DNA of 64,000 nucleotides from an uncultured Armatimonadetes bacterium (GCA_963716175.1 OY970296.1:4096001-4160000), one strand, 5' to 3'. Counted from the first letter of the stretch, positions 31,418-41,734 are shown. Notes: generated from the sequence alone by a model not told the origin. Made by a program: numbers and translations.

Positions 31418-32353
31418 TTACCCGCCGCCTCCGATGCCGCCCCCTCCACCGCCGCCGGTGCGACCGCCACCGCCACCACCGCCGGTCCCGCCACCACCAC
31501 CACCGGTCCCGCCGCCACCACCACCGGTCCCGCCGCCACCACCGCCGGTCCCGCCACCTCCACCGCCCGTACCGCCGCCACCAGCGCCGCCGGTGCGAAC
31601 TCCACCGCCACCGCCGCCGCCAGCGCCACCGCCTCCGCCTCCGCCGGTGCGAACTCCACCGCCGCCGCCACCACCGAGGCCGCCACCGCCACCACCGATG
31701 CCGCCGCCACCGCCGCCCAGGCCGCCAAGGCCGCCACCACCAGCGCCGCCGATGCCGCCACCACCACCCATGCCGCCGCCACCGCCGCCGCCACCGTAGC
31801 CGCCGCCCATGCCGCCCATACCGCCGCCGGCGCCTCCGGCGCTGGGGGTGGCCACCGCATATGGGACCGGCGATGGGTTGATCGAGTAGCCACCGAACCA
31901 CTGCGCGATGTAGCGGCTGTCAAGCGCTTGCAGCTCGTAGCGCCCGCCGGGGCCGATCCAGAACACGGGGTACTCGGAGGCCGGGGTCTCCACCGCGGGA
32001 GGCGGTGCAGTCGGGGTCTCCGGCTTCTCCTGGCGGCGCGAGATCACGTAGAGGTTGTTGGCCTCCTTGCGATAGGTGAGATGGTTCAGGTCGAGGATGG
32101 CGCGAAGCGCCTGGGAGAAAGTGACGTCGTGCAACGACACGGTCACGGTCCCGGTCACGCCCGGTTCCAAGGTGAAGCTGTAGGGGGGCCGGAAGATCAG
32201 CCGGAGCGCGTCCTCGAGGCGCGCATCCTTGAGGTCGAGAGTGATCGGGTTCTCTTCCTCCTGGGCATAGGCGAACGCGGTCACAGCCAGCCCCGCGGCC
32301 ACCGCGAGAAGCAGCGCCAGCACGACCAGCAGCGGACGGACTTGCTTGCCCAT
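31418..32353 (-). CDS. STN-domain exported protein with long poly-Gly tail (no secretin barrel)
   Basis: Signal peptide; ITLDLKDARLEDALRLIF...GTVTVSLHDVTFSQALRAIL; C-terminal region almost entirely Gly. Confidence 0.8.
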   Translation of the reverse strand: MGKQVRPLLVVLALLLAVAAGLAVTAFAYAQEEENPITLDLKDARLEDALRLIFRPPYSFTLEPGVTGTVTVSLHDVTFSQALRAILDLNHLTYRKEANNLYVISRRQEKPETPTAPPPAVETPASEYPVFWIGPGGRYELQALDSRYIAQWFGGYSINPSPVPYAVATPSAGGAGGGMGGMGGGYGGGGGGGGMGGGGGIGGAGGGGLGGLGGGGGGIGGGGGGLGGGGGGGVRTGGGGGGGAGGGGGGGVRTGGAGGGGTGGGGGGTGGGGGGTGGGGGGTGGGGGGTGGGGGGGRTGGGGGGGIGGGG

Positions 32354-32500
32354 CTTCTTCTCCTCCGGCCTCAGCCGCACCCCATCACCGGGCGCCAGCG
32401 GCCGCTCGTAGTGTAGCACACCATGGTTAGACTGTTAAGTGCGCGGTTTCGTTCCTGCGCTGGGACTGGCTGGTGCCAGCCGACGGAGGTGCGGTCCGGC

Positions 32501-33238
32501 TCACTCCTCAGCCGGCGGCGCCGCCGGCATTCCCGGGATGCTGATGGCAGCCGACGCCGCCCCACCAGGCGACAGAGAGCGCAGGGCCACGCGCCACCGC
32601 TTTCCCTGGGCATCGGTGACGAAGATCGAGTCCGGCCCCACGGCGGTGACGCGGCTGCCGTCCACCATATCTCCCGGCTTGACGATGAAGGTGCGGCCAT
32701 CCTGCTCCAGGATCGCCCAGGCCCCGTCGTCGAAGAGCAGACCCGCCACCCGGCGCCGACCCAAGGGACCGGCGGCCTCCGGCATCCCCGGCGGGCGCAG
32801 CCCGCCGGCCTGCAAGATCACCGGGGGAAGATTGGCCAGCATTTCCGGGGAAATGGGCTGAGGAGGCGCCTCGAAGGTGAGGAAGGGATCCGGCCGGCTG
32901 CGCTCCTCGGGACCAGCGCCCATCCGCACCTGCCCGACATAAGGGGAAACGGCCGGGCCAGCGGCAGGCGCACCCTCGGCGGCGCCCGGCGCACCCGGGG
33001 CACTCGGCGCCCCCGGCGCCGCACCACCGGGCGCGGCGGGCACGTTCTCACCCGGAGCCACCGCGCCGCCCGGCTGCGCAGCACCGCCGGCGGCCACCTG
33101 TTGGGCCGCGCCGAATCCCCCGGCGCCGGCCGCGCGCTGCCTTCCGCCCCGGCCCCGCAGGAAGAAGACGATGACGATGATGGCGATAAGAGCCACCCCG
33201 CCGGCGATGATGATCTTGTTCCGATCGGCCGCGCTCAT
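32501..33238 (-). CDS. PilP-like pilus assembly protein
   Basis: N-terminal TM helix, RPDPF motif, AILEQDGRTFIVKPGDMVDGSRVTAV; follows the pilO-like gene. Confidence 0.7.
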   Translation of the reverse strand: MSAADRNKIIIAGGVALIAIIVIVFFLRGRGGRQRAAGAGGFGAAQQVAAGGAAQPGGAVAPGENVPAAPGGAAPGAPSAPGAPGAAEGAPAAGPAVSPYVGQVRMGAGPEERSRPDPFLTFEAPPQPISPEMLANLPPVILQAGGLRPPGMPEAAGPLGRRRVAGLLFDDGAWAILEQDGRTFIVKPGDMVDGSRVTAVGPDSIFVTDAQGKRWRVALRSLSPGGAASAAISIPGMPAAPPAEE

Positions 33239-33320
33239 TGGTCACTCCGCCCCGGAGAAGCTGTCTGCTCCGCGATCCCTGTAGCTCCTTCGGCAGCGCC
33301 GGGCGCGCTGCCGCTCAGAC

Positions 33321-34137
33321 TCATCCCCCGCCCCGGCCCCCGCGACCGCCCCCGCGGCCGCCGCCGCCACCACCGCGCATCCCTCGACCTCCGCCGCCTC
33401 CGCCCCGGCCGCCGCGCATTCCCCGGCCGCCACCCCGGCCCCCACCAGCGGCAGGGCCCGCGCCCGCGCCGCCCGTCTCCCCGACCGCCGCGGGGGCGAC
33501 CACAGGAGTCTGCAGCGCGGTCTGCGCCGCCTTGGTCCACTCATACAGCACCACCGGCACGCTGGCGTTCAGCGGCTGGCCGGGCTGCCGGGGGCCGCCG
33601 ATGGTGACGCTCTGCATCACCATGAAGCGGGGGGCCGTGGGCAGCTTCTCCAACCACTTGAGAAGTGACGCGAAATCCCTCACCTGAACGCTGAGATTCC
33701 AGCTCCAGGGGCCCAGCACTTTCTGAGCCGGGTTCGGGGGCTGGGTGCCATAGCCCGGGAAGCTATAGCCCGCAACCTCCGCCCCCGAGGACCGGAACCA
33801 CTTGTCTATCAGCAGGCCCTCCTCGCGGGAAGCTCCAGAGACGCATCATGCCGGCGATGGGGTCCGAGAGGTCTATGTCGGGCATGTACATCTTCATAAT
33901 CTGGTCGAAGCTGGCCTTGATCACGGCCTCTTGCTGCTTGGCCGTCTCCAGGTCGCGCTGCGCCTTGGGGCCGTTGGCCCTGGCCCAGTCCTCCTGCTCC
34001 TTGGCGCCGGCATTGATCTTGCCGATCTCGGCCGTCTGGGGCCGAATGAAGGCGAAGAGGAATGCCACCGCGACCCCGACGATCACCACCAGCCCGGCGA
34101 TCAGCACCTGAATTCTGGTCACCCGAAACTGCTTCAC
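33321..34137 (-). CDS. PilO-like protein (frameshift near 33825) with RGG tail
   Basis: TM helix plus coiled coil; DFASLLKWLEKLPTAPRFMVMQSVTI; downstream of pilN. Confidence 0.7.
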
Positions 34138-34197
34138 AGGACGGCTCCTCTATCTCCCGCCAAGCAGAATCCTGCCGGCCCGGCCGGCGCCTGCCGA

Positions 34198-35031
34198 TCA
34201 ACCACCCCGGCCGCGGCCTCCGCCGCGCCCGCCACCGCCGCCGCGCCCGCCACCGCCGCCACGACCGCCACCGCCCGCGCCGCGGCCTCCGCCACCGCCA
34301 CCGCGAGCGCCGCCCACGCCGCCACCGCGACCGCCACCGCCGCCGCGGCCGCCGCCCATGCGCCCGCCGCCTCCGGCGCGGCCGCCGCCCACCCCGGCGT
34401 CGGCAGGGGGCGCCGGGATCAGACCGAGAGGAACATAGTCGGGGCTAAGCGCAATGGAGATGCTGACCGGAGTCTGCATCTTGGGGTTGCCGCCTGTGGG
34501 CAGCTCCCCGGGCCAGCCCACGGTGGCAGTGGAGAAACTGACCGCCCCCGGCCCGGCGTTGGGGTCCACCATCTCGCACCGCAGCATATTCAGGTACCAG
34601 CGGGTGGCGGCCATCAGGCTGCTCGTGGTTCCGCTGAGATTGAGGCGATTCCCGCTGGGCAGCGGGAAACCATTCACCACCACCTCGTCCGGGATGTACT
34701 TGTTGAGGATGGTGAAGTAGCGAATCCACCGCGTCGGTATCTTGTCGGACTCGAGCTTCCACTGCACCCAGTTCGCCTTGCTGGCATAGCGGGCCCGGGT
34801 GGCATCCACTTCCGCTTGCAGTTGCTCCACCTTGCCGGCTTCCTGCGCCGCCAGGCTCTGGCGGTCGAGCGCGTGGCCGCGCTGCGAGACCAGGGAGAAA
34901 GGCGCGGGCGCCCAGATGTAGGCGCAGAACAGCGCCAGCTCGATCACCAGCACCACCGCCAGCAGCCGCAGGATCGCCTTGACGCGGCGACCCTCCAGAA
35001 TGTAGCCCGGCAGCAGGTTGATCTTGATCAT
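34198..35031 (-). CDS. pilN: PilN-like protein with RGG tail
   Basis: MIKINLLP PilM-binding motif, TM helix, LNKYIPDEV, LNLSG. Confidence 0.8.
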   Translation of the reverse strand: MIKINLLPGYILEGRRVKAILRLLAVVLVIELALFCAYIWAPAPFSLVSQRGHALDRQSLAAQEAGKVEQLQAEVDATRARYASKANWVQWKLESDKIPTRWIRYFTILNKYIPDEVVVNGFPLPSGNRLNLSGTTSSLMAATRWYLNMLRCEMVDPNAGPGAVSFSTATVGWPGELPTGGNPKMQTPVSISIALSPDYVPLGLIPAPPADAGVGGGRAGGGGRMGGGRGGGGGRGGGVGGARGGGGGGRGAGGGGRGGGGGRGGGGGRGGGRGRGG

Positions 35032-35048
35032 GGGCCGTCTCCTGGAGT

Positions 35049-36359
35049 CTACTCCAACATGTCCCGGATCGCCAGCCCCACGACGATGGGCAGATAGGGC
35101 CCGTTCTCCTGGACGAACTGGGAGGGAACCCCACTCTCGTCCACCTCCAGCCGCAGGAACGGGTTGCCCACCTCCACCGAGGTTCCCACCTCACCGGCCA
35201 GGAACTCGGCGAAGTTGGGCAGGCGTGCGGTGCCCCCATAGACCAGAATCTTGTCCACGCGGGAATCGGGGAACCGGTTGCTATAGTACTCGATGGAGCG
35301 CCTGATCTCCGTGACCAGCTCCACCAAGGTAGGCAGCATCACATCGTACACCTGCCGGCCCGGGGTGCCCGCCCCCGGGGTGTGCAGCACGGGCAGGCCG
35401 GCCATGCGCGCCGGCGGGGGCTGCTCGGAGGAAGGCGGGGCCACCGGGCCGGCCTCGGCCCCCAGATCGAAGACGGGGCCGGCCGGCACTTCCTCCTCCC
35501 CTTCCTCGATGGAGAACACCCGCTCGATATCGGGCTCCATGATGCGGGTGGGCGGCTGCTGCTGGGCCGGCAGCGTCTCCCGCGGCGCCTCCAGGGCGGG
35601 GGCGCTCTCGATGTAGAGGCTGGCCTGCTCCAGCTTCACCCGCTCCGCCTCGTGGAACTCATAGCCCAGGCCCTCGGCGATGGCATTGGTGATGTTGTCT
35701 CCGGCCAGCGGCACCGGGCGAGTGAAGCTCAGCAGGCCCCGGCGCACGATGCTCAGGTCGGTAGTGTTGGCCCCCACATTGAGCAAGGCGTAAGTGTGGT
35801 CGTAGGCGCCCTGATCCCGGTTGATATCAATCAGCGAGCGGCTCGCGGCCAGGGGCTCGACATCCAGGGCCGAAGGCTCCAGCCCGGCCCGGAAGAGGGT
35901 GTCCACATGGGCGTTGATCATGTCCTCCTGGGCCACCGCCAGCAGCACCTCCATGTTCTGGGCCTCCGGCGGCAGCTCTTCAGGAGGGATCAACGGCTGG
36001 AAATCCATCACCACTTCGCTGGCGGCAAAGGGGATATGGCGCTCCACCTCCCACTGCATGGTCTCGGCCAGCTCCTGCCGGGTCATGCGCGGCACCTCGA
36101 TGGGGCGCACCACCAGCGAGGACTGGCTGGCCACCGAGCTGACCACGTTCTTGGTGCGGATGCCGTGCTGATCCAGCATCTGGCGCAGCGCGGCGGCCAG
36201 GGTGCTGGCATCCACGATCACGCCATTGGAGATGGTGTCGCGCGGGGTGTACCCGATGCCGGCGTTGGTGATGATAGGCCCGCGCCGCCCGACCCGGGCC
36301 TCGACGAACTTGATCCGGTTGGTCCCGATGTCGAGACCGAGAACGGCTTGATCCGCCAT
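35049..36359 (-). CDS. pilM: Type IV pilus assembly protein PilM
   Basis: LGLDIG, WEVERHIPF, LDVEPLA, EIRRSIEYY, VYGGTARL, VGLAIR. Confidence 0.92.
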   Translation of the reverse strand: MADQAVLGLDIGTNRIKFVEARVGRRGPIITNAGIGYTPRDTISNGVIVDASTLAAALRQMLDQHGIRTKNVVSSVASQSSLVVRPIEVPRMTRQELAETMQWEVERHIPFAASEVVMDFQPLIPPEELPPEAQNMEVLLAVAQEDMINAHVDTLFRAGLEPSALDVEPLAASRSLIDINRDQGAYDHTYALLNVGANTTDLSIVRRGLLSFTRPVPLAGDNITNAIAEGLGYEFHEAERVKLEQASLYIESAPALEAPRETLPAQQQPPTRIMEPDIERVFSIEEGEEEVPAGPVFDLGAEAGPVAPPSSEQPPPARMAGLPVLHTPGAGTPGRQVYDVMLPTLVELVTEIRRSIEYYSNRFPDSRVDKILVYGGTARLPNFAEFLAGEVGTSVEVGNPFLRLEVDESGVPSQFVQENGPYLPIVVGLAIRDMLE

Positions 36360-36543
36360 GGCGCCCGTCGTCCCCTTGGCTGGGGGACAAGGCAGATCGC
36401 CCGCCCATCAGGCAGCCGCTCTGCCCTTCACCCCCTGCCGAATGTTAGATTATAGCACCGGGTTGATGGTTCCGCAAGAAACCCGGCGAATTCACCAGCG
36501 CCGTTTCAATGTCCGCTGCCGGCGGCGAGCGAACGCTCTTCGT

Positions 36544-36635
36544 GTAGGGCGGGGTCACCGAACCCCGCCTCATCCCTCAACAACAAGAACGGCCGGCGGG
36601 CAAGCCCCGGAGGGCGTGATGAATCACGCCCCTAC
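36544..36635. repeat. Inverted pair of GTAG REP-like palindromes
   Basis: GTAGGGCGGGGTCACCGAACCCCGCC ... GGGCGTGATGAATCACGCCCCTAC (the latter is the reverse complement of 567-590). Confidence 0.8.
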
Positions 36636-36654
36636 GGAGTTCCCCTGCGCCCGG

Positions 36655-39600
36655 CTAGCCTCCTGCCTGCCCGGAGATTCGCTCTCCCCAGACCATCAGA
36701 TCCGGCGTCAACGGAAAGCCGGGGAAGCGCACGGTGGTGATGGTGGTATTGCCCTGGGGGCTGAGCGGATCAACCCGCGAGCGGGTGTAGCGCAGCAGCG
36801 GGTCATAGGCATAGCTGAGATAGGTGGGCAGAGGCGGGGCGGTGAACATGCCCCCCCACTTGCCGGTCCAGTCCGCCACATCGCCCAGGGGAGCCGGCAT
36901 ATTCTCGGAGATGGCGCCGTAGACCGAGATGCAGATATTGAGGGGCTCGTGGTAGGCGGGGTAGTCTACGCTGGGATAGGAGTCCTTGGTGCTGAAGTCC
37001 TCGTTGAACCACGGCCCCGGGATGATGAACCAGGAGCCATTCTGCGCGTAGATCAGGGCCTGCACCTGGACCTGCAAAGGAATCATGACCTGCTTATCTT
37101 CTGCGTTGATATCCATGTACCGCGGTGGGGCGATGGCGATGGGGCCGAGGAGGTAGCCGAGTTCGTCAGGCCTGACGACCCAGGAGTAGCTCCCGTCGGC
37201 TGCCTGTTCTCGCACCGGCATGACCTTGGGTGTGAATGTGAGGGTGTCTCTTCCGGTGAGGGTGATGCCGGAGAGGGCCATGGTCTGCCGGCCCGCGATG
37301 GGCAGGAACTCAGGAACACCGTTAGCGGGGAGACCGCTCGTGGAATCGAAGTTGAACCAGACGCCGGACTTGGTGGTGCCGGAGCCAGCGTCGGCTACGA
37401 ATGTGTAAGGATCTGAGGCGTCCCAGACTGGGGTCTCGTTAACAGCTAGCTGCTCGACCTGCACGCTCGCCTTCTTGTCCGTAGGCATTGTCGGCGGGCT
37501 CGGGGTGATGTCGTCTGCGCCCTCCCACGGCTGAGTCCCGTCCTGCATATACCATGCCGAATGCCCGATGATCAGGCGCAGGTCGAGCATCTGCTGGTAG
37601 TTCGCCGGGAAGGCGGCGAGGCGCACGCTGCGATAGGTGTAGGTGATGTTCGCAGGGATCGTGGGGATTGGAGTGGTGTCATCCCAGTTCCCAGGGGTGG
37701 GATCAAGCTCGGGGTCGCCCTGCGCGAAGGCGTACTGCGGGTACTGCTGCCGCGGGTAGCGCGGCTGCAAGTCGTTGTAGTATTGCGGGTTGTTGCTCCC
37801 GTCGAGCGGCGCGCTCAGCAGATCCTGCGGCCGGGGGTTGAGGGCGGTGGTGTTGAGGCAGACGTAATCGCGGGCGATGAGGGCGAGGCGGGAGCCCCAG
37901 GCCAGCTCATCATCGAGGGTCAAGGGGGTGGTGGCGCCCTGCACGGCGAGGCCAGCGCCCAGCGGCCCCGGGGTGAGCAGGTCGCCCTCGATGTAGATGG
38001 TGCCGCCGGACACCACCTGCAAGTCGAAGCGGCGGCGCTGGCCGTCGGTCTTGCTGTACCCGCCCGCATCGAAGTAGGTGGTGGGATAGACACCCGCGGT
38101 GGGGCCGGGCCGCGCCGGGGGCATGATGCCGCGAATGCGGACATTGCCATCGGCGTAGATCACGCCATTCGGAGGAAACGGGAAATAGGCGGCGGCTTGT
38201 TCCACCCTGACCGCGTGTCCCGTGCCCAGGGGCAGGCAGTATCCAGGCACGGACGAATACGGCAAGGTCCCGGTGGCGGAGACGACCGTACCATCGGGGC
38301 CCTGCCAGTAGTACTGGCTGCCCGTCGCACCCTTGACGTCGTCGCGGGTGATCTCCAGGTAGGGGCACTTGCTCTCCCCATGCAGCACGATCTCCACGCC
38401 GGGGGGCGCGTAGTAGCGAGCGGTCCGGTCCCACCAGTCGGCGGGGCCGAGGGGAGGCGAAGTCGGTACGGTCGAAGCCGCGGCGGTGGTTCTCTGGTCG
38501 CCTCGAGGCGCGGGCGAAAGGTTGGTGTCGTGCACTCCCACCGAGCCCACCCAGTTCAGCCGCAGCTTCTCGAGGTCGTGGTTGTACTGGATATCTTCCC
38601 GGTTATCAATGTAGAGGCCGCCGTAGTTGGTCCACCCCCAGCCATAGAGGCCGGTGTTGTAGAACTCCTGGCGCTGCCCGACGATTCTCGACTTCCACTC
38701 GCCGGAATCCCGGGTGAGGGCGAGGTAGCGGTTGGTGAGCAGCTCGGGCTGGACGGCGTCCATGAGCGGGGGCCGCACCCGGGGCACGGCCAGGTAGGGC
38801 GCCGGAAGCGGGTCCGCTCCTCCCGCCGGCGTGTAGGGCGGCAGGCTGGCCAGCACCCGGCAGGTGTTGGGATCAGCGGTGTTGTCGGACCGCAGGGCAT
38901 CGGGATAGCCGTTCATGTAGAGCAGGGACTCGGTGCCGGTGGCGGGATGAAAGACATCGCTGGCGCGGGAGACGCCATCCACGAAGAGGTTGAGCACGCT
39001 GAGGCCGCTGACGGGGGTGATCTCCGGATTGCCCGGGCGGAAGTCGCCCGCCACCTCGATGCGGTCATCGCGAAAGAGGTTGACATTCGCGTCCTTGGTG
39101 AAAAGCTCGACCCGGGAGGGGCCATACCAGTAGAGCTGGGTGTTGGAGCGAACGGGCCCGGAGATGCGAAACGGGATGGTCTCCCGGCCCAGGCCGGTGG
39201 GATACTCCACCCCAGTGACGCCCAGGGCGGCGGGCCGGCCGGTCTCGAAGCGGTCGGTGATGAAGCGGGCGTAGTCGGTGAGCAGGAGGGGCTTGAGGGC
39301 GAGCACGGTGTGGCGCAGGAACGGGTTATCGGGGAAGACCGCGCTCGCCACCACCCGCACGAAGCGGGTCTGAAGGCGGCCGGGGCTGGGGTCGGGGCCA
39401 TAGCTGACCTCAACGCTGACGTCGCCGCCCCCGGAGCGGTAGACCTTCTGGCTGGGGCGCCAATCCGCGCCCTCCAGGCTGTAGGTGAGCTGCTCGTTGG
39501 CGAAGCGGAGGCCGGCCTCGGCGATGTTGCGAAGCTGGACGACATCGGTGCGCCGGCCGGTCTGGGCGAGGTGAGAGCTGATGATGGCGGCGAAGAGGGC

Positions 39601-39750
39601 AGCCAGGGTGGCCACCGCGAAGAGCACCAGGATGGCGATCATGAGGGCTTGGCCGTGTTGTTGCCGCCACGGCGCGCGAAGCGCCCCAGGCTGGGAGCCT
39701 GGGCTACCGGCCGCTGGTCGCGGACCTGCGCTACTGGTTCTGCTTGGCAT
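36655..39750 (-). CDS. Large PilX/GspK-like minor pilin (1031 aa)
   Basis: HG|QALMIAILVLF class III signal without E5, IAEAGLRFA motif, GVIYADGNVRIRG. Confidence 0.75.
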   Translation of the reverse strand: MPSRTSSAGPRPAAGSPGSQPGALRAPWRQQHGQALMIAILVLFAVATLAALFAAIISSHLAQTGRRTDVVQLRNIAEAGLRFANEQLTYSLEGADWRPSQKVYRSGGGDVSVEVSYGPDPSPGRLQTRFVRVVASAVFPDNPFLRHTVLALKPLLLTDYARFITDRFETGRPAALGVTGVEYPTGLGRETIPFRISGPVRSNTQLYWYGPSRVELFTKDANVNLFRDDRIEVAGDFRPGNPEITPVSGLSVLNLFVDGVSRASDVFHPATGTESLLYMNGYPDALRSDNTADPNTCRVLASLPPYTPAGGADPLPAPYLAVPRVRPPLMDAVQPELLTNRYLALTRDSGEWKSRIVGQRQEFYNTGLYGWGWTNYGGLYIDNREDIQYNHDLEKLRLNWVGSVGVHDTNLSPAPRGDQRTTAAASTVPTSPPLGPADWWDRTARYYAPPGVEIVLHGESKCPYLEITRDDVKGATGSQYYWQGPDGTVVSATGTLPYSSVPGYCLPLGTGHAVRVEQAAAYFPFPPNGVIYADGNVRIRGIMPPARPGPTAGVYPTTYFDAGGYSKTDGQRRRFDLQVVSGGTIYIEGDLLTPGPLGAGLAVQGATTPLTLDDELAWGSRLALIARDYVCLNTTALNPRPQDLLSAPLDGSNNPQYYNDLQPRYPRQQYPQYAFAQGDPELDPTPGNWDDTTPIPTIPANITYTYRSVRLAAFPANYQQMLDLRLIIGHSAWYMQDGTQPWEGADDITPSPPTMPTDKKASVQVEQLAVNETPVWDASDPYTFVADAGSGTTKSGVWFNFDSTSGLPANGVPEFLPIAGRQTMALSGITLTGRDTLTFTPKVMPVREQAADGSYSWVVRPDELGYLLGPIAIAPPRYMDINAEDKQVMIPLQVQVQALIYAQNGSWFIIPGPWFNEDFSTKDSYPSVDYPAYHEPLNICISVYGAISENMPAPLGDVADWTGKWGGMFTAPPLPTYLSYAYDPLLRYTRSRVDPLSPQGNTTITTVRFPGFPLTPDLMVWGERISGQAGG

Positions 39751-41734
39751 AGGGGATCTCGCGCAGCAAATTGTGCAGCTTCACCCGGCGGGTGAGGTAG
39801 GAGGCCTGGGCGATGCGCTCGCCCGCCGGGGCGCTGGGGTCGGCGCGGGAGACGGTGAGGCCGATGTCAATGATGGCGGCGGTGCGGTAGTAGGCGGTGA
39901 TGAGGTCGGGGTGCTCGACCATCTCCTTGGTGATGGCGTCCTGGGCGGTCACGCTGTTGTTGCGCCAGCGGTAGTCCACCTGGAGCTTGGTGGTCGTGGC
40001 GTTGGTCGCCTCACCCGCGGACAGGTTGTCGGGCAAGCGGATCCAGCCGTACCGCGGCTGGTCGGGGTTGTTCACCAGGATGGTCGGGTCCAGGCCCAAC
40101 TGGAACTCATCGCGGCGCTCGCGCGGCGTGCAGTAGACCTGCCTGAGCACCCTGACCACGTTGCCGCTGGGATCCAGGAGCTTCACGGACACGGAATCGG
40201 GGACGACAAAGAGCGTCAGCGCCGAGGTGGCCGTATAGTCTCTCCACTCGTCTCGGAGCGAGAACTCCCAGACTTTGCGGCCTGGCACGCCCGCATTAGC
40301 TAACGGCGTGTCGCTGTTGGGAATCGCCTGGGGCGGGGCCGGGAAGTCGAACCGCAGGGAGCCATCTATCCAGTCTATGGAGAAGCCGAACGCGGGGCTG
40401 TTCGAGGCCGTGAGGGAGCGGAACAGCGACATGTCGCCCGGCTTCGCCAGATGCTGCTGATAGGCGACGACGTCATAGGCCCCGGTGGCAAAGTCGTTGG
40501 TGTCATAGGCGAGACCGGTGGTCAGGTCGAGCACCTTCATGGTGCGGGTGCGCGGGTCGAAGGCGCCGAGGGCCGAGGGCTGGTCGGCGTAGCCGAGCAG
40601 AGTGGTGTTGTAGCGATAGATCATGAGGAAGGGATCGCGCGCCCACTGATCCCAGCGCAACTGTTTCAGCTGCGCCACCAGTGCGGGATTGCTGGCGAGC
40701 GCGGACCACCCGGTGTAGGGAGTGCCCTGCCGCCACAGGGAATAGCGCGCGCGGTAGATGGTGCCATCAGGGCCGGCCGGGCCGTCCAGGGGCCGCATGC
40801 GCTCGCCCGCCACCACCAGGGGGGTGAAGGAGAGCCGAGGGACATCGTACTCGGGAGCGTTGGGGCTGAGGCCGACCACCTTGCTGCGATAGAGGCGCAC
40901 CTGGTCCGGCGTGAGCTTGGTGCCGTAGCTGTTGTAGATGGCCATGAGATAGGGATAGCCGGGCTGAAGGGTGCGGTTGCGGGCGCCAATCCGACTCCCC
41001 GTGGTCACCCAGGTGCGATAGTCCACATCGGAGTGGACCAGGCGCGCAATCGGCGCCCAGTTCTTGGGCCAGTCCGGCACGCCCGTCGGCCGCATGGTGT
41101 CCTGCTCGGCGGCCCATGCCTCATTCCACTGGTTCCAGTCATCGTCGGTGCGGAAGGGCTCAGGCACCACGGTGCGGGCGAGGAAGAAGAGGTTGCCGGG
41201 CTCGAGATGAGTGCCGGGGGTGTAGTTGCGAGTGGGATCGTTGAGCGCCTGCCAGTAGCGGATGGCGCGGCTGTAGTCGGGCCGGGGCGGGGTGACGATC
41301 TCGCTGTTGGGGTCGTCCGGGTTGAGGCGCAGGGGGGGCACGAAGGCGATCATGCTGTTGTCGTACATATCGAGCTGGACGTACATGGCCTCGGCGAGCT
41401 CGCGGGCCATGGTGTCAACCGCGGTGCGGGCCACGGTCTGCGCGTCGGCGCGGGCGGTGGCGGTGCGGAAGTAGCCCAAGCTGTTGGTGATGGGGATGAA
41501 GAGCAGCATCAGCACGATGGCGAGCAGCCCGATGGTGATGAGGAGCTCGGTCAGAGTGAAGGCGCGCTGTAGGGCGGGCATGTCTCTGCATGCCCGCCGT
41601 GTTTCGAAGCGGGGCAGGAGCAAGCTCCTGCCGAACGGGCTTCCCTGTAGGGCGGGTATGCAAAGCATGCCCGCCGCAGGCTGCGTATTCCGATAGGCGG
41701 CGGGCATAGGCATGCCCGCCCTACACACGGACAT
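39731..41734 (-). CDS. Large prepilin-type (PilW/GspJ-like) protein with repeat-filled leader
   Basis: RA|FTLTELLITIGLL, TMARELAEA; ATG overlaps the upstream TGA (TGATG). Confidence 0.82.
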   Translation of the reverse strand: MSVCRAGMPMPAAYRNTQPAAGMLCIPALQGSPFGRSLLLPRFETRRACRDMPALQRAFTLTELLITIGLLAIVLMLLFIPITNSLGYFRTATARADAQTVARTAVDTMARELAEAMYVQLDMYDNSMIAFVPPLRLNPDDPNSEIVTPPRPDYSRAIRYWQALNDPTRNYTPGTHLEPGNLFFLARTVVPEPFRTDDDWNQWNEAWAAEQDTMRPTGVPDWPKNWAPIARLVHSDVDYRTWVTTGSRIGARNRTLQPGYPYLMAIYNSYGTKLTPDQVRLYRSKVVGLSPNAPEYDVPRLSFTPLVVAGERMRPLDGPAGPDGTIYRARYSLWRQGTPYTGWSALASNPALVAQLKQLRWDQWARDPFLMIYRYNTTLLGYADQPSALGAFDPRTRTMKVLDLTTGLAYDTNDFATGAYDVVAYQQHLAKPGDMSLFRSLTASNSPAFGFSIDWIDGSLRFDFPAPPQAIPNSDTPLANAGVPGRKVWEFSLRDEWRDYTATSALTLFVVPDSVSVKLLDPSGNVVRVLRQVYCTPRERRDEFQLGLDPTILVNNPDQPRYGWIRLPDNLSAGEATNATTTKLQVDYRWRNNSVTAQDAITKEMVEHPDLITAYYRTAAIIDIGLTVSRADPSAPAGERIAQASYLTRRVKLHNLLREIPYAKQNQ
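41569..41730. repeat. Four REP-like palindromes inside a prepilin leader
   Basis: 41569-41598 identical to 464-493; 41613-41636 GTTCG/GTTG type; 41647-41730 inverted doublet similar to 45077-45169. Confidence 0.85.

Noticed and set aside
31275-31901. Arg/Trp-rich N-terminal extension of the secretin ORF and the poly-Pro plus-strand ORF
   Set aside because: Alternative frames of the poly-Gly gene; the secretin has its own SD and signal peptide at 31274
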